DNA from: Deltaproteobacteria bacterium
GTDB lineage: Bacteria > Myxococcota_A > Polyangia > JAAYKL01
Assembly (NCBI GenBank): GCA_016937015.1
Contig: JAFGWT010000327.1
Span: 4,911-68,910, forward strand
Direction of reading: 5' to 3'
Length of the DNA stretch: 64,000 nucleotides
In this document: positions 1 through 9,975 of the stretch, one piece after another
How the letters are laid out: the number at the start of each line of letters is the position of its first letter
Numbering within the stretch: position 1 is the stretch's first letter
Notes under the pieces: model-generated
The model's database searches: none
The model's input: the letters and a program-made list of their open reading frames with translations, nothing else
What the model was told of the DNA's origin: nothing
Program-made: the position numbers and the translations under genes

Positions 1-1
1 C

Positions 2-1345
2 TGCAGTTGGGCAGACTCAGCCGGATGCACTGTCGATAAAGACCGGGCCGGCAACCTGCGGATTAAAATTCCCGCCACTGAAGGACACGAAAAAGCGCCA
101 TCAGTCGCTATTCAGGCTCACCTCGATATGGTGTGTGAAAAAAACACGGACACTCAGTTCAATTTTGATACCGACCCTTTGCAACTGCGCATTGTCGATG
201 GCTGGGTGATGGCCACAGATACCACACTGGGTGCCGACAATGGCATAGGTCTGGCCATGGGACTGGCGCTGATGGAAGACCCATCCTGCATCCATGGTCC
301 GCTGGAGGTGCTATGCACGCTGGACGAGGAGACCGGTTTGAACGGTGCACTCAATCTGGCGCCCAGTTGGCTTGAAAGTAACATCATGATCAACACCGAC
401 ACAGAGGACGAAGGCCTGTTTATTATCGGCTGTGCGGGCGGCGCGGACACCGATATTTATCTTCCGATTGAACGGGAAGCATATGATGGAAATGTGTTCA
501 GGCTAACTGTAAAAGGTCTCAAGGGCGGCCATTCCGGCATGGAAATCAACCAGAACCTGGGAAATGCCATCCACCATCTCTGCAACGCCATCGAAAACCT
601 ACAGCTCGAAGCGGAGATACGTCTCATCGACATACGCGGTGGCGACAAACACAATGCCATTCCCCGCGAAGCCGAAGCTGTTTTTGCATCAGACGGCTCA
701 CTGCCTGCGCTGGCGCTTTCAGTAAAGGGTCTGGAGATTATCATGTGCAAATGTCTGACAGCGAAAGAGCAGGATGCCTCACTTGTGATTTCGGCAGCGT
801 CGGCGGAAGCAACGCCAATGACTGCAGATTCGACGACGAAGGTGGTTCGCATGCTAAAAGCCATTCCTCACGGCGTGGTGACCATGAGTATCGATATTCC
901 CTTGCTGGTCGAAACGTCGACCAATCTTGCCAACGTGCGTACCAAAGAAAATGAGGTCATCGTACTGACCAGTTCCCGTTCTTCGAATCCCGAACTGCTT
1001 AACAACATCCTCGGTCAGATCAGTGCAGTGGGCAAACTCGCCGGCGCCAGGGTCAACACGCATACCGGTTACCCCCCATGGGAGCCGGATTTCGACTCCG
1101 CGCTAATCGCACCGGCCAAACAGCTGTATTCAGAAATGTTTAATAAATCGCCAGAGTTCAATGTGATTCACGCAGGACTGGAAGGTGGCATTATCAAGTC
1201 CAGATATCCGTCGCTTGACGTCATATCCTTTGGACCCAATATTGAAAGTCCCCACTCCCCAAGCGAACGCACTGAGATTCAGTCCGTGGAAAACATCTAT
1301 CGATTCCTCTGCGCGTTTCTGACCCGGATTCAAATCAACTCCTGA
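2..1345 (+). CDS. pepD: Aminoacyl-histidine dipeptidase (M20C), 5' end outside window
   Basis: Frame is open from position 2 (DKDRAGNLRIKIPATEGHEKAPSVAIQAHLDMVCEK). Motifs TTLGADNGIG, DEETGL, GGHSG, IHAGLE and SPHSPSE. Confidence 0.93.
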   Translation, partial: CSWADSAGCTVDKDRAGNLRIKIPATEGHEKAPSVAIQAHLDMVCEKNTDTQFNFDTDPLQLRIVDGWVMATDTTLGADNGIGLAMGLALMEDPSCIHGPLEVLCTLDEETGLNGALNLAPSWLESNIMINTDTEDEGLFIIGCAGGADTDIYLPIEREAYDGNVFRLTVKGLKGGHSGMEINQNLGNAIHHLCNAIENLQLEAEIRLIDIRGGDKHNAIPREAEAVFASDGSLPALALSVKGLEIIMCKCLTAKEQDASLVISAASAEATPMTADSTTKVVRMLKAIPHGVVTMSIDIPLLVETSTNLANVRTKENEVIVLTSSRSSNPELLNNILGQISAVGKLAGARVNTHTGYPPWEPDFDSALIAPAKQLYSEMFNKSPEFNVIHAGLEGGIIKSRYPSLDVISFGPNIESPHSPSERTEIQSVENIYRFLCAFLTRIQINS

Positions 1346-1403
1346 TACATATCCGCGACCTATGAAGAAATCATTGCCATATCCGTTCCTCCATCGACGG
1401 TAA

Positions 1404-1673
1404 AAAAATACGGACAATAAAAAGCTCATCAGTGCATACGCCCGGTTTGTCCCCCACGGATTGCTGGAACTGTTGGGAAAAAAGGACATCACCGAACTGC
1501 AACTGGGTCTCCAGGTTGAAAAAAAGCTCACGGTTCTGTTTGCGGATATTCGCAGGTTCACGGCGTTTTCGGAAAGCCTGACACCGCAGGAAAACTTCAA
1601 TTTTATTAACTCATTTTTAAGTCAAAATGAAAGATTATCCGTGACCGGTGCCAACAGGTTTCACACTCCTTAA
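1404..1673 (+). pseudogene. Fragment of a class III adenylate/guanylate cyclase
   Basis: AYARFVPHGLLELLGKKDITELQLGLQVEKKLTVLFADIRRFTAFSESLTPQENFNFINSFL matches the start of the cyclase domain. Preceded by TAA at 1401; similarity is lost near 1630, before the GD motif. Confidence 0.8.
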
Positions 1674-1678
1674 AGCCC

Positions 1679-3198
1679 CTAAAACAATAATCGGAGCACA
1701 CCGGCAGTTCCACCAGCATCGACAGCAGCACACCCACATCCATCCTGCGCACTGCTGTTTGCACCCGTAATCTCTGCATCCACTGCCAGGTCCGTATCCT
1801 GCTCCGGTTCCACCGCAGCCTCGTGCCATTCGTATGCCCCCACATCAACGCCACTGCCCTGCGGTCTCAAAATGCGATCCAAATCCAGTTCCGGCGCGTA
1901 TTCACTCAGACCGGCATCAACGGCTGCACTTTGTGGCAGTATATGAAAATCGAATCCGGACATATCCACAAACAGCGCAGATGGGTCATCTATAATTATG
2001 TTTCCCAAATTTTCGAGCGTATCCACGCCACTTATGGAAGTGGCAAGGTTGTTGGCAACGACGCAATTTTCTGGCGGTGTGCCGTCCTTGTGGTCGGCAA
2101 TCATAATCCACGGTGGCCCAGGTTCTTCAGCATTGGGATCAAGTACCGTATTATTCACGATGCGGCAATTTCGAGCACCGTAGAGGGAGATGCCATGCCA
2201 GTGGTCGGTATAAATCACATTGTTCTCCACCACCCAGTCTTCGAACATACCGTCAAAACAGCCAATCCCCTGAAGCGTCCCCCGAAAAGGCTGATTGGGA
2301 TCCTCGTAATTAATAATGGTATTGCCCCTTAACACGATTCCGCGCACCGTTCCGGTTCCAACGCCGTCATCCCCCACAGACCAGGACTGAAATCCGTCAT
2401 CATGGTTCTCATTTACGTCATAACAGTTTTTAACCGTGTTATACGCAAACAGGGTGTAATCCCCAAGGCCCCGCATCCCGTCTCCGGCAAAATTTTCGAC
2501 TGTATTGCCAACCACCGTTGAATGCGTCGCCCCAACACTGATTCCAAAATTAACGTTTCTCAGATAATTGCCAATTATGGTGATTCGAGTGCCATCCGCA
2601 TTGATGCCATTGGCAGGCAGGGTGTTCCAGTCATCAAGCGTCCAGCTGGACGCGTCATCAACGGACTGCAACCTGCAGCTTTCAATCACGATGTCATGCA
2701 CTGGTCCCTGCCAGTCGTGAGAATCAATATCAACCATGGTCGTCGGATCATACGATTCACCAAATGCTGACTGATATTGAGACCGCGAATGGTCCAGTTG
2801 GCTGAAGCGCGAACAAGTACACTGGTGAAGCGCGCATCCGCACCGGCAACGGCCTGAATCGTGACCATCTCATGGTTATAGTAGCCGGTTAGATTCACTG
2901 CACCGTAGTCACCGGTCTGTAACCACAGGGTATCTCCCGCCTTAACAGGGGCGCCGCTGTTTTTAGAAATGAGCATGGCATCATCACCAGGTGGCAAAGC
3001 ATCCCACCCCTGCGACTCAATCAGGTTATCGTCAAGCACCTGTTGCAAAGACAACCACGGATTTGAAGCACTGCCATCTCCAGCTGCACTGCCGTTCACC
3101 GGATCCACATAAAAATCTGATGCCCATACCCTGCACGGCAGTATCAGAAAAAACGCTAAACACGTCGTCACAGGCCATTTCACTTGATATGATGTCAT
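1679..3198 (-). pseudogene. Secreted right-handed parallel beta-helix (pectin-lyase-like) protein split by a 1-nt frameshift near 2769 (ORFs 2686..3198 and 1679..2737)
   Basis: Signal peptide followed by FYVDPVNGSAAGDGSASNPW; beta-helix repeats; NHDDGFQ; C-terminal DFHILPQSAAVDAG...DVGAYE and GCGC. Adding one C at 2769 gives the continuous reading ISPAFGESYDPTTMVDID. Confidence 0.8.
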
Positions 3199-3347
3199 CT
3201 ACATCTCCTTAAAAATGAAGCATAATAAACACAGGCTTTATTCTAAAAGATTGCCGGGCAACATACAAACAGTCCTATTCGGAAACGGACAATCATCCCA
3301 ATGGCTGGTCATGGCAATGCTTTGGGCAGGCAGATTCGCAACGTAAC

Positions 3348-3960
3348 CTACTTTTTGTCGGGCACGGGTAATCCGTAATCTGTCTGATAGTTTTCGGTCT
3401 CGAACTCCGGTACGCCGTAGTCGGGTAACATCACATCGGTGGCGGTATCTGTGTCGGGCATGCCATAGGCAGGGACGTCTGTTTCTTCTTCAATTGGCAT
3501 ACCGTAATCCGCATCCGCATCGGTGTCGCTGTCAGAATAGCCCGTATCGACCGGCATGCCATATTCAATCGCGTATTCGGTATCAACTGGCATACCGTAA
3601 TCCGCATCGGTAACGCTGTCTGTATCACTGTCCGAATCCGAATCCGAATCAGAATCGGAATCGGTATCTGTGTCCGAATCTGAGTCCGTATCTGAGTCAG
3701 ATGCGCCAGTGTCGAAAGGCATTGCGTATTCGGGTGAAATCACGTCGGTGTCGGGCATACCGTAGGCAGGGGTATCCGTTTCTTCGATTGGCATCCCGTA
3801 ATCCGTATCCACTGGCATGCCGTAGTCCGCGTCAGAATCAGTGTCGCTATCGGTATCACTGTCAGCGTCACTATCCGCATCACTGTCCGAATCGGAATCA
3901 CTATCGGTATCCGCATCTGAGTACCCTGCACTATCCGTATCTGTTTCAGTGTCCCTGGGT
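3348..3960 (-). repeat. Coding repeat region: (D-S/T/A)n tracts interspersed with [DAE]YG[MVL]P motifs
   Basis: Translation shows DYGMP x4, AYGMP x2, EYGMP, DYGVP, DYGLP plus EYAMP and EYAI. GGCATACCGTA/GGCATGCCGTA-like units recur on the + strand. Confidence 0.95.
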
Positions 3961-5123
3961 GACGGCTCATCCACATCGTCACAGGCGCTCACGCCCGCGC
4001 CCAGCAACATGGCCAGAGTGACTGCGGCCGCCTGTTTCGAAAGATACTGCCCGGTTTCCTTTTGTTCATGCAGCGTGCGATAAACACACATGGGGTTCTC
4101 TACGCCATCCCCGGACGCCACCTTCTTCGCTGTACAGCCCCCTTTGCAGATTTCCGCCTTATCGCAGGTTCTGCAGAATCCACCCAATTCGTCGATAGTC
4201 CAGTTCCGGGTGTACGCAAACGCGCCATCCCGATGCCAGATCTCAGCCAGTGGCGTCTCCCGAATGTTTCCCTCCACAAACTCCTGACCACGGTCGTTGT
4301 AGCCGGCCATAATCGACAGACATCCCTTGATGTTGCCGTTCGACTCTATTCCGATAACGCTCTTTCCCGCGCCGCAACCCGTAAAATGTTTCCCGTGATT
4401 CGCTTTGCGCAACAGCTTTTCGTTCGGTCCAAAATACCCAACAGAATCAGACGGGTGAACGCGAATCGGGCTTTTGCGAATGAGTTTTCCCAGCGTCTTT
4501 TCAACGCCAATCAACTGACCCGGCGACAGCAGCATATCCCTGTGATCACTCATGTTCCCCATGTCTGTCCCCAGCTGCACCTGCCACGCATACGCGCCCT
4601 TGTCGACAATCAACTGATGAAGCGATTCCAACTCGCGCAGGTTTCTGGTGTTCAGATGTGTCAGCACAGCAAAAGGCATCCGCTCTTCCCGACACGTGTC
4701 CATGGCGGTCATCAATTGCCGAAAATGTCCAATTCTGCCGCGAATAAAATCATGGGTTTGGGCTTCGCCGCCGTCGAGACTCAACCCAATTCCAGATAAC
4801 TGCATCTTTTTTGCCAGTCGAATCGCGTCGCGGTCAAGAGAGACAGCATTGGTAATCATTCCGGCGCGAATTCCCACAGAAGTCGCCGCGTGAATAATAT
4901 CCGGCCAGTCTTCCCGGCACATGGGCTCTCCCCCCGAAATCGAAATCCACTCCATTCCCAGTTTTTTTAAGTCCGAAAACATCGTGCGGATTTCATCGAT
5001 ACCTAACTCATCCGCCCGTGCTTTTCCCGCCCGTGAACCGCAGTGCCTGCAACGGAGATTGCATTTTAACGTTGCCTCAAACACGCCCCGTCGGGGTATG
5101 AATTCAGATCTCTGCATCGCCAT
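3348..5123 (-). CDS. Radical SAM/SPASM peptide maturase (splicease-like) fused to a lipobox and an acidic YGxP-repeat tail
   Basis: FEATLKCNLRCRHCGSRAG (CxxxCxxC), SGGEP, SPASM CGAGKSVIGIESNGNIKGCLS...CRTCDKAEICKGGC...NPMC. Then AAAVTLAMLLGAGVSAC and about 210 aa of D/S/T-rich sequence with nine YGxP motifs. AAAGGA RBS upstream. Confidence 0.9.
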   Translation of the reverse strand: MAMQRSEFIPRRGVFEATLKCNLRCRHCGSRAGKARADELGIDEIRTMFSDLKKLGMEWISISGGEPMCREDWPDIIHAATSVGIRAGMITNAVSLDRDAIRLAKKMQLSGIGLSLDGGEAQTHDFIRGRIGHFRQLMTAMDTCREERMPFAVLTHLNTRNLRELESLHQLIVDKGAYAWQVQLGTDMGNMSDHRDMLLSPGQLIGVEKTLGKLIRKSPIRVHPSDSVGYFGPNEKLLRKANHGKHFTGCGAGKSVIGIESNGNIKGCLSIMAGYNDRGQEFVEGNIRETPLAEIWHRDGAFAYTRNWTIDELGGFCRTCDKAEICKGGCTAKKVASGDGVENPMCVYRTLHEQKETGQYLSKQAAAVTLAMLLGAGVSACDDVDEPSPRDTETDTDSAGYSDADTDSDSDSDSDADSDADSDTDSDTDSDADYGMPVDTDYGMPIEETDTPAYGMPDTDVISPEYAMPFDTGASDSDTDSDSDTDTDSDSDSDSDSDSDTDSVTDADYGMPVDTEYAIEYGMPVDTGYSDSDTDADADYGMPIEEETDVPAYGMPDTDTATDVMLPDYGVPEFETENYQTDYGLPVPDKK

Positions 5124-5201
5124 GGCTCATCCTTTCGTTTAATTGAATAAATTAATGAATGTCCAATTTATAACACATACCAATAAAAAAATGGGAACTT
5201 T

Positions 5202-7145
5202 TCAGTTTTCGTTTTGCATATCCACATCGCCAAGGGTAGCAATCAAATTTCTTAGGCGACTTTTGCCAAATGGCTTGTGCCAGATACTCATAAGGTCAGC
5301 AGCGGCTGCGCTGTTTTCAGCCTCCCGGTCTCCGTGATTGGTCAAAAGAACAACACGGGAAGGTGCGGATACCAGACAGGCATCTTTCAAAAAATTAACA
5401 CCATTCGTACCCGGCAACCGATAATCGGCAATTACCAAATCAAACGGAATCACCTCAGCAGTGAGCGCCTCCAACGCATGGGAAGGATCGAGCTGAATAC
5501 TCACGTCAAAACCCAATTCCCGAAGCATTCTCGACATCATTGTCCCCGAACTGATATCGCCAGCCACCAGAAGGATTCGTTGAATCGGCCGACCATGCCC
5601 TTCAGCCGGCTTCCACGGCGGAATTGTGTTTTCATCTGGAACCGGAAACAACGCAGTAATGCATGTCCCTTTGCCCGGTTCACTGTCCACGAGCAGATTG
5701 CCCCCATGCTCCTTCATAATACCAAAAACGACCGACAATCCCATACCGCTTCCTTTTCCCACTTCCCGGGTGGTAAAAAACGGATCGAACATTTGCTGTA
5801 TTATTCTCGCGTCCATCCCACATCCTTCATCCTCAATCGTGATCGCAACATATTTTCCCGGGGTGACGGCACCAAGACGGCCAGAGATCCCATCTCCCAA
5901 CTGCTGGGCCTCACAAAAGACCCGAAGCGTGCCTCTTTCATCCATGGCATGCACGCCGTTGGTGCAGAGGTTCATCATCAATTCGTGAATCTGAATAGGA
6001 TCAGCAACAATCGATGGTACATCTCGGCCGATTCGCGTTTCAATCGCAATCGTTGATGGAAATGCCGCGCGAAGCAACACGACTACCTCTCGTACTATCA
6101 GTTGAGGTGCAATTTCGGTAAGTGCCTGCTTCTGCTGGCGGGTGAAGGACAGTATCTGATTAATCAGCTGCTTTGCCCGCTCAGTGGATACCAGTATCTG
6201 TTGAATATATTGCCCGCTCAACGATTCGGGCGCCCATTCGTCGGCAAGCAAATCGGCATATCCCATAATCGCACCAAGAATATTGTTGAAATCATGGGCG
6301 ATACCGCCGGATAAATATCCGAGTGCTTCCATTTTCTCAGCCTGATGCAGCTGCTTTTCCTTGAGTATATCCTCGGTGATATCCTTTTTAACTGCGACAT
6401 AATTCACGATTGTCCCGTCAGTCCCCATCACCGGAGAAATCACTGCCCGTTCCGTGTATCGAGCACCATTTTTTCGCTGGTTTTCAAAAACGCCGCGCCA
6501 TGTCCGCCCGGAAGATATTGTTTCCCACATCTCTTTGTAAAATGATTCATCGTGAACGCCACTTTGCAGGACCCGCGGATTCTCCCCCATCACATCTTCC
6601 CGGCGATATCCGGTTACGTTTTCGAATGCGGGATTGACATAGACAATTTTGGCGTGCACATCGGTGATAACAACAACCTCCGCCGCCTGTTCCATGGCCA
6701 TTGACAACCGCACAAGGGCCTGTTCCGATTGCTTGCGTTCTGTAACATCTTCAAAAATTGTGGCGAACAGGCCGGGCGCTGGCTGATAGGCGGTAACCTC
6801 AAAGTATTTGCCCAACTCCTTTGAATAATTGGTAATGGTCGTTGATTCGCCAGTCAAAGCGACTTTGCCATAGGTTTCGATCCAGTACGGTTCTGTATCC
6901 GGCAGCACATCAAGCACTCTTTTGCCAACAATACTTCGATTCAAACCAGTCAGGCGCTCAAATGAAGGACTTATATCAAGAAAGCGATAATCGATCGGTG
7001 CACCGGTTCCATCGCAGATGATTTCATGAATGGCAAAGCCGTTGCGCATGGTTTCAAACAGTCGGTAATATACACCATCCAGTTTTTGCTGAACCGTCAC
7101 ATCGGAAGGTAAGTTTGATGGCTGCGGAGTTTTCATGATGCGCAA
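5202..7145 (-). CDS. PAS-PAS hybrid sensor histidine kinase with C-terminal receiver
   Basis: Two PAS domains, H-box GGIAHDFNNIL, N-box NLCTNG, FDPFFTT..GKGSGMGL, receiver DLVIADYRLPG...KPF. Confidence 0.93.
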   Translation of the reverse strand: MRIMKTPQPSNLPSDVTVQQKLDGVYYRLFETMRNGFAIHEIICDGTGAPIDYRFLDISPSFERLTGLNRSIVGKRVLDVLPDTEPYWIETYGKVALTGESTTITNYSKELGKYFEVTAYQPAPGLFATIFEDVTERKQSEQALVRLSMAMEQAAEVVVITDVHAKIVYVNPAFENVTGYRREDVMGENPRVLQSGVHDESFYKEMWETISSGRTWRGVFENQRKNGARYTERAVISPVMGTDGTIVNYVAVKKDITEDILKEKQLHQAEKMEALGYLSGGIAHDFNNILGAIMGYADLLADEWAPESLSGQYIQQILVSTERAKQLINQILSFTRQQKQALTEIAPQLIVREVVVLLRAAFPSTIAIETRIGRDVPSIVADPIQIHELMMNLCTNGVHAMDERGTLRVFCEAQQLGDGISGRLGAVTPGKYVAITIEDEGCGMDARIIQQMFDPFFTTREVGKGSGMGLSVVFGIMKEHGGNLLVDSEPGKGTCITALFPVPDENTIPPWKPAEGHGRPIQRILLVAGDISSGTMMSRMLRELGFDVSIQLDPSHALEALTAEVIPFDLVIADYRLPGTNGVNFLKDACLVSAPSRVVLLTNHGDREAENSAAAADLMSIWHKPFGKSRLRNLIATLGDVDMQNEN

Positions 7146-7296
7146 CTTTCTGAAATGATACGTAAAAATCAGTAAAGCACGAATTGTTGGGCGGTCAAAT
7201 CAAGGTTTGGCAATCCGACGCATTCCAGGTGGAATGGAAAGCATCCATGGACGCGTGGATTGAAAAAGGCGCTAACTGAAGAGCACCCCTCTCGGC

Positions 7297-9975
7297 TCAA
7301 TCTGATGCGCCGATATTGCCGTATACAAGCCCCCTGCCGGCAGTGCTCATGTACACCCGGCCGAACACATTCGTATCCCCCTGCACAAACTTCCCGTTGC
7401 CTGGGCCACCGTATTGATGCGCGTCGTCATTCATGCGCGCCCAGGATTCACCTTTGTCGATGGAATAATATACGCCAAGCGGATTGTCAGTCGCACCGGC
7501 CACGCCCCAGATGAAGAGCGTTTCGTAATCGGCGCCATCAGCCGCTTTGCCAATGCCCACCGCATGCGCGGAGTACACCGACGCAAAGCGCACCCATGTC
7601 TCGCCGCCATCATCTGAAAATGCCAGTCCGTTTGTACTGAAACGGCCATTCTCCGCCCAGCTTTGCGCCTGATCCAAAGGCGCCCAAATATGCCCTTCCC
7701 TGCCTGGTACGGTTCGAATCAGACCGTTACTGGATTGCCACAATCCCTCGGCATCGTTTTGCACAGCCCCAACCGTCTCAAACGAAACCCCTTTGTCCGA
7801 CGATTTTTTTAAATTTCCCTGCTGGTCCAGCAGATAAAACACATCCGCATTCACCGGGTCACAGACAATTCGCGCATATTGAGACTGCCCATCCATCCCG
7901 GTTACGGTTGTCCAGTTAGCTCCCATATCATCGGAGCGATATACCACGTTGGCATTTTCGGGGCGATGCAGCAATACCTCACCGTCCGCTGACAGCACCA
8001 CCAACCCATGAGTGCCCATGGGTTCCGGCAGCGCCGTCCAGGAGGCGGCGTTGTCATCAGAAAAATACATCACATCACTCTCAATTCCTGTGCCAGTGGA
8101 GTAATCAGTTACATGACCGGTACGTAAAAATGCGCCCGTGAGCGGCGCGTATCCCAGCGAATGGGTGGTGCCGATTTCCGGGATGTGGACCGGGGCCGAT
8201 TCGCCGATATTGGTATATACCGCGCCATCATAGTCGCCAATCGCAGTGACCAGAGGGCCACCGGGGATGCTGACGATATCAAGTGGCACCGTTTCTTCAA
8301 TTCCTCTGGATTCAAACCGCCACACCGGCAGCGCGTCTTCGAGGTTGTCAGTATGAAAAACCCCATTTCCGGAAACCACCCATGCCTCGTTGGTATCAAA
8401 CGGATTAAATGCGACATCACCTGCCCAATGAATGGCGTGACCGCTTATCCATGCATTTCCATTGGGATCCGCATTGGCATTGTCCGGATCATCAGGCTCC
8501 ATATATGAAAATCCGGTGGTCCAGGTTTCTCCTCCGTCCGCAGTTACATAAATACGATCGCCCCACCCTTCTGCGCCATCCGCATAACGCGTCTGACCAC
8601 CATAATAATTGAGTGTGGTAACCACGATATGGTTTGTGTCTTTGGGATCCACACTGACACCGCCGAATCCATGAGATGTTCCCTGACCGCCGTTGCCCAT
8701 TAACTCAGACCCGTCATCAGACATGGGTGTTAGATTCGTCCATGAATCGGACGCAATATCATAACGGTAAAACGAACCGGTGTTGATACCATGGGGACCA
8801 GGGGCATTATTGTATGTAATATAGAGGCTGCCTTCAGCCAAAACCGCGCGGTTTGGCATCTGACCGGTTGGGCCCCCGTTGATGGTATCGAACGACGCAC
8901 CGCCATCTGTACTGACATACAGATTATCACCAATCTGAGATACGCCCATATACAGCGTATCGGTGCCTCCATCAGCAGTCAGACCGCCACTTTCGTCGAA
9001 AAACACAAAACTGATGCCATTGGTATTGACTAAATCGGCGCCGGAACTGGCACCAATGTCACTGACTTTTCGCCACGATTTTCCGGCGTCTTCGCTTTTA
9101 AACAGCCCCGCTGAGCGACTCCCGCAAAACACGATATCGGAATTATTGGGGTCCACTGCCAGCTTCTCTCCGGTCTGGCGCCCCATTCCATTGCCATGAG
9201 CCCCCCACAGTTCAGTAACGTCCGTCACATCAAACGTTTCACCGTAATCGTCGGACCGGAGAATGGCTGTTTTTCCGTCACTGAAATACGACGTGCCGGC
9301 GAGTATATACAGGCGTCCAGGATTGGACGGATCGAGCGCGAAACTCTCAGTGCCATACAGCCCCACATCATCCTGTGAAATCCAGTCCATGAGAGGTATC
9401 CAAACCCCATGTGTATCATTCCATCGATAAACGCCCCCCACGTCTGTGCGGGCATACACGAGTCCTTCCACATCTTTCGACGGCAGCAACCCCGCCACAA
9501 AACCGCCCCCATCAAAGCGAACATTTCCCCAGCCATCGGTATCCCCGGGCTCAATATCCACCGGCCCTGTATCGGTATCCGAGTCCGTATCGCTATCCGC
9601 ATCCGAATCACTGTCTGTATCCGTATCACTATCCGAATCAGAGTCAGAATCGCCATCTGTGTCACTGTCTGTATCTGTATCGGAATCACTGTCTGAGTCG
9701 CTGTCGGTGTCCGAATCACTGTCACTATCCGCGTCAGAATCGGCATCCGAATCCGAATCCCCATCGCCATCTCCATGCGAAGTCCCATCACTGTCCGAAT
9801 CGGAATCCGAGTCCGAGTCCGAATCAGAATCAGAATCAGAATCGGCATCGCCACCAATATCCCCATCAGTTGTGTCTTTGGCTTTAGATTCATCTGATGA
9901 GCAGCCGTTCAGCACGCTTAACGCCGGTATGAAACAAAGTACCCCAATCAGTATTTTCCAGTTTTTTGCAGTCAT
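7297..9975 (-). CDS. GH74 xyloglucanase-like double beta-propeller lipoprotein with N-terminal Asp-Ser linker
   Basis: Lipobox LNGC; [66 protein letters not shown]; several SxDxGxTW Asp-boxes. Confidence 0.9.
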   Translation of the reverse strand: MTAKNWKILIGVLCFIPALSVLNGCSSDESKAKDTTDGDIGGDADSDSDSDSDSDSDSDSDSDGTSHGDGDGDSDSDADSDADSDSDSDTDSDSDSDSDTDTDSDTDGDSDSDSDSDTDTDSDSDADSDTDSDTDTGPVDIEPGDTDGWGNVRFDGGGFVAGLLPSKDVEGLVYARTDVGGVYRWNDTHGVWIPLMDWISQDDVGLYGTESFALDPSNPGRLYILAGTSYFSDGKTAILRSDDYGETFDVTDVTELWGAHGNGMGRQTGEKLAVDPNNSDIVFCGSRSAGLFKSEDAGKSWRKVSDIGASSGADLVNTNGISFVFFDESGGLTADGGTDTLYMGVSQIGDNLYVSTDGGASFDTINGGPTGQMPNRAVLAEGSLYITYNNAPGPHGINTGSFYRYDIASDSWTNLTPMSDDGSELMGNGGQGTSHGFGGVSVDPKDTNHIVVTTLNYYGGQTRYADGAEGWGDRIYVTADGGETWTTGFSYMEPDDPDNANADPNGNAWISGHAIHWAGDVAFNPFDTNEAWVVSGNGVFHTDNLEDALPVWRFESRGIEETVPLDIVSIPGGPLVTAIGDYDGAVYTNIGESAPVHIPEIGTTHSLGYAPLTGAFLRTGHVTDYSTGTGIESDVMYFSDDNAASWTALPEPMGTHGLVVLSADGEVLLHRPENANVVYRSDDMGANWTTVTGMDGQSQYARIVCDPVNADVFYLLDQQGNLKKSSDKGVSFETVGAVQNDAEGLWQSSNGLIRTVPGREGHIWAPLDQAQSWAENGRFSTNGLAFSDDGGETWVRFASVYSAHAVGIGKAADGADYETLFIWGVAGATDNPLGVYYSIDKGESWARMNDDAHQYGGPGNGKFVQGDTNVFGRVYMSTAGRGLVYGNIGASD
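9569..9850. repeat. Hexanucleotide coding repeat encoding (D-S/T/A/G)n
   Basis: Runs such as GAATCAGAATCAGAATCA and TCCGAGTCCGAG; translates on the minus strand as DSDSDSDTD... Confidence 0.95.

Noticed and set aside
3431-4083. Small overlapping ORFs as separate precursor peptides for the rSAM enzyme
   Set aside because: Alternative-frame or antisense readings of the repeat tail; the YGxP motifs are in the rSAM frame.
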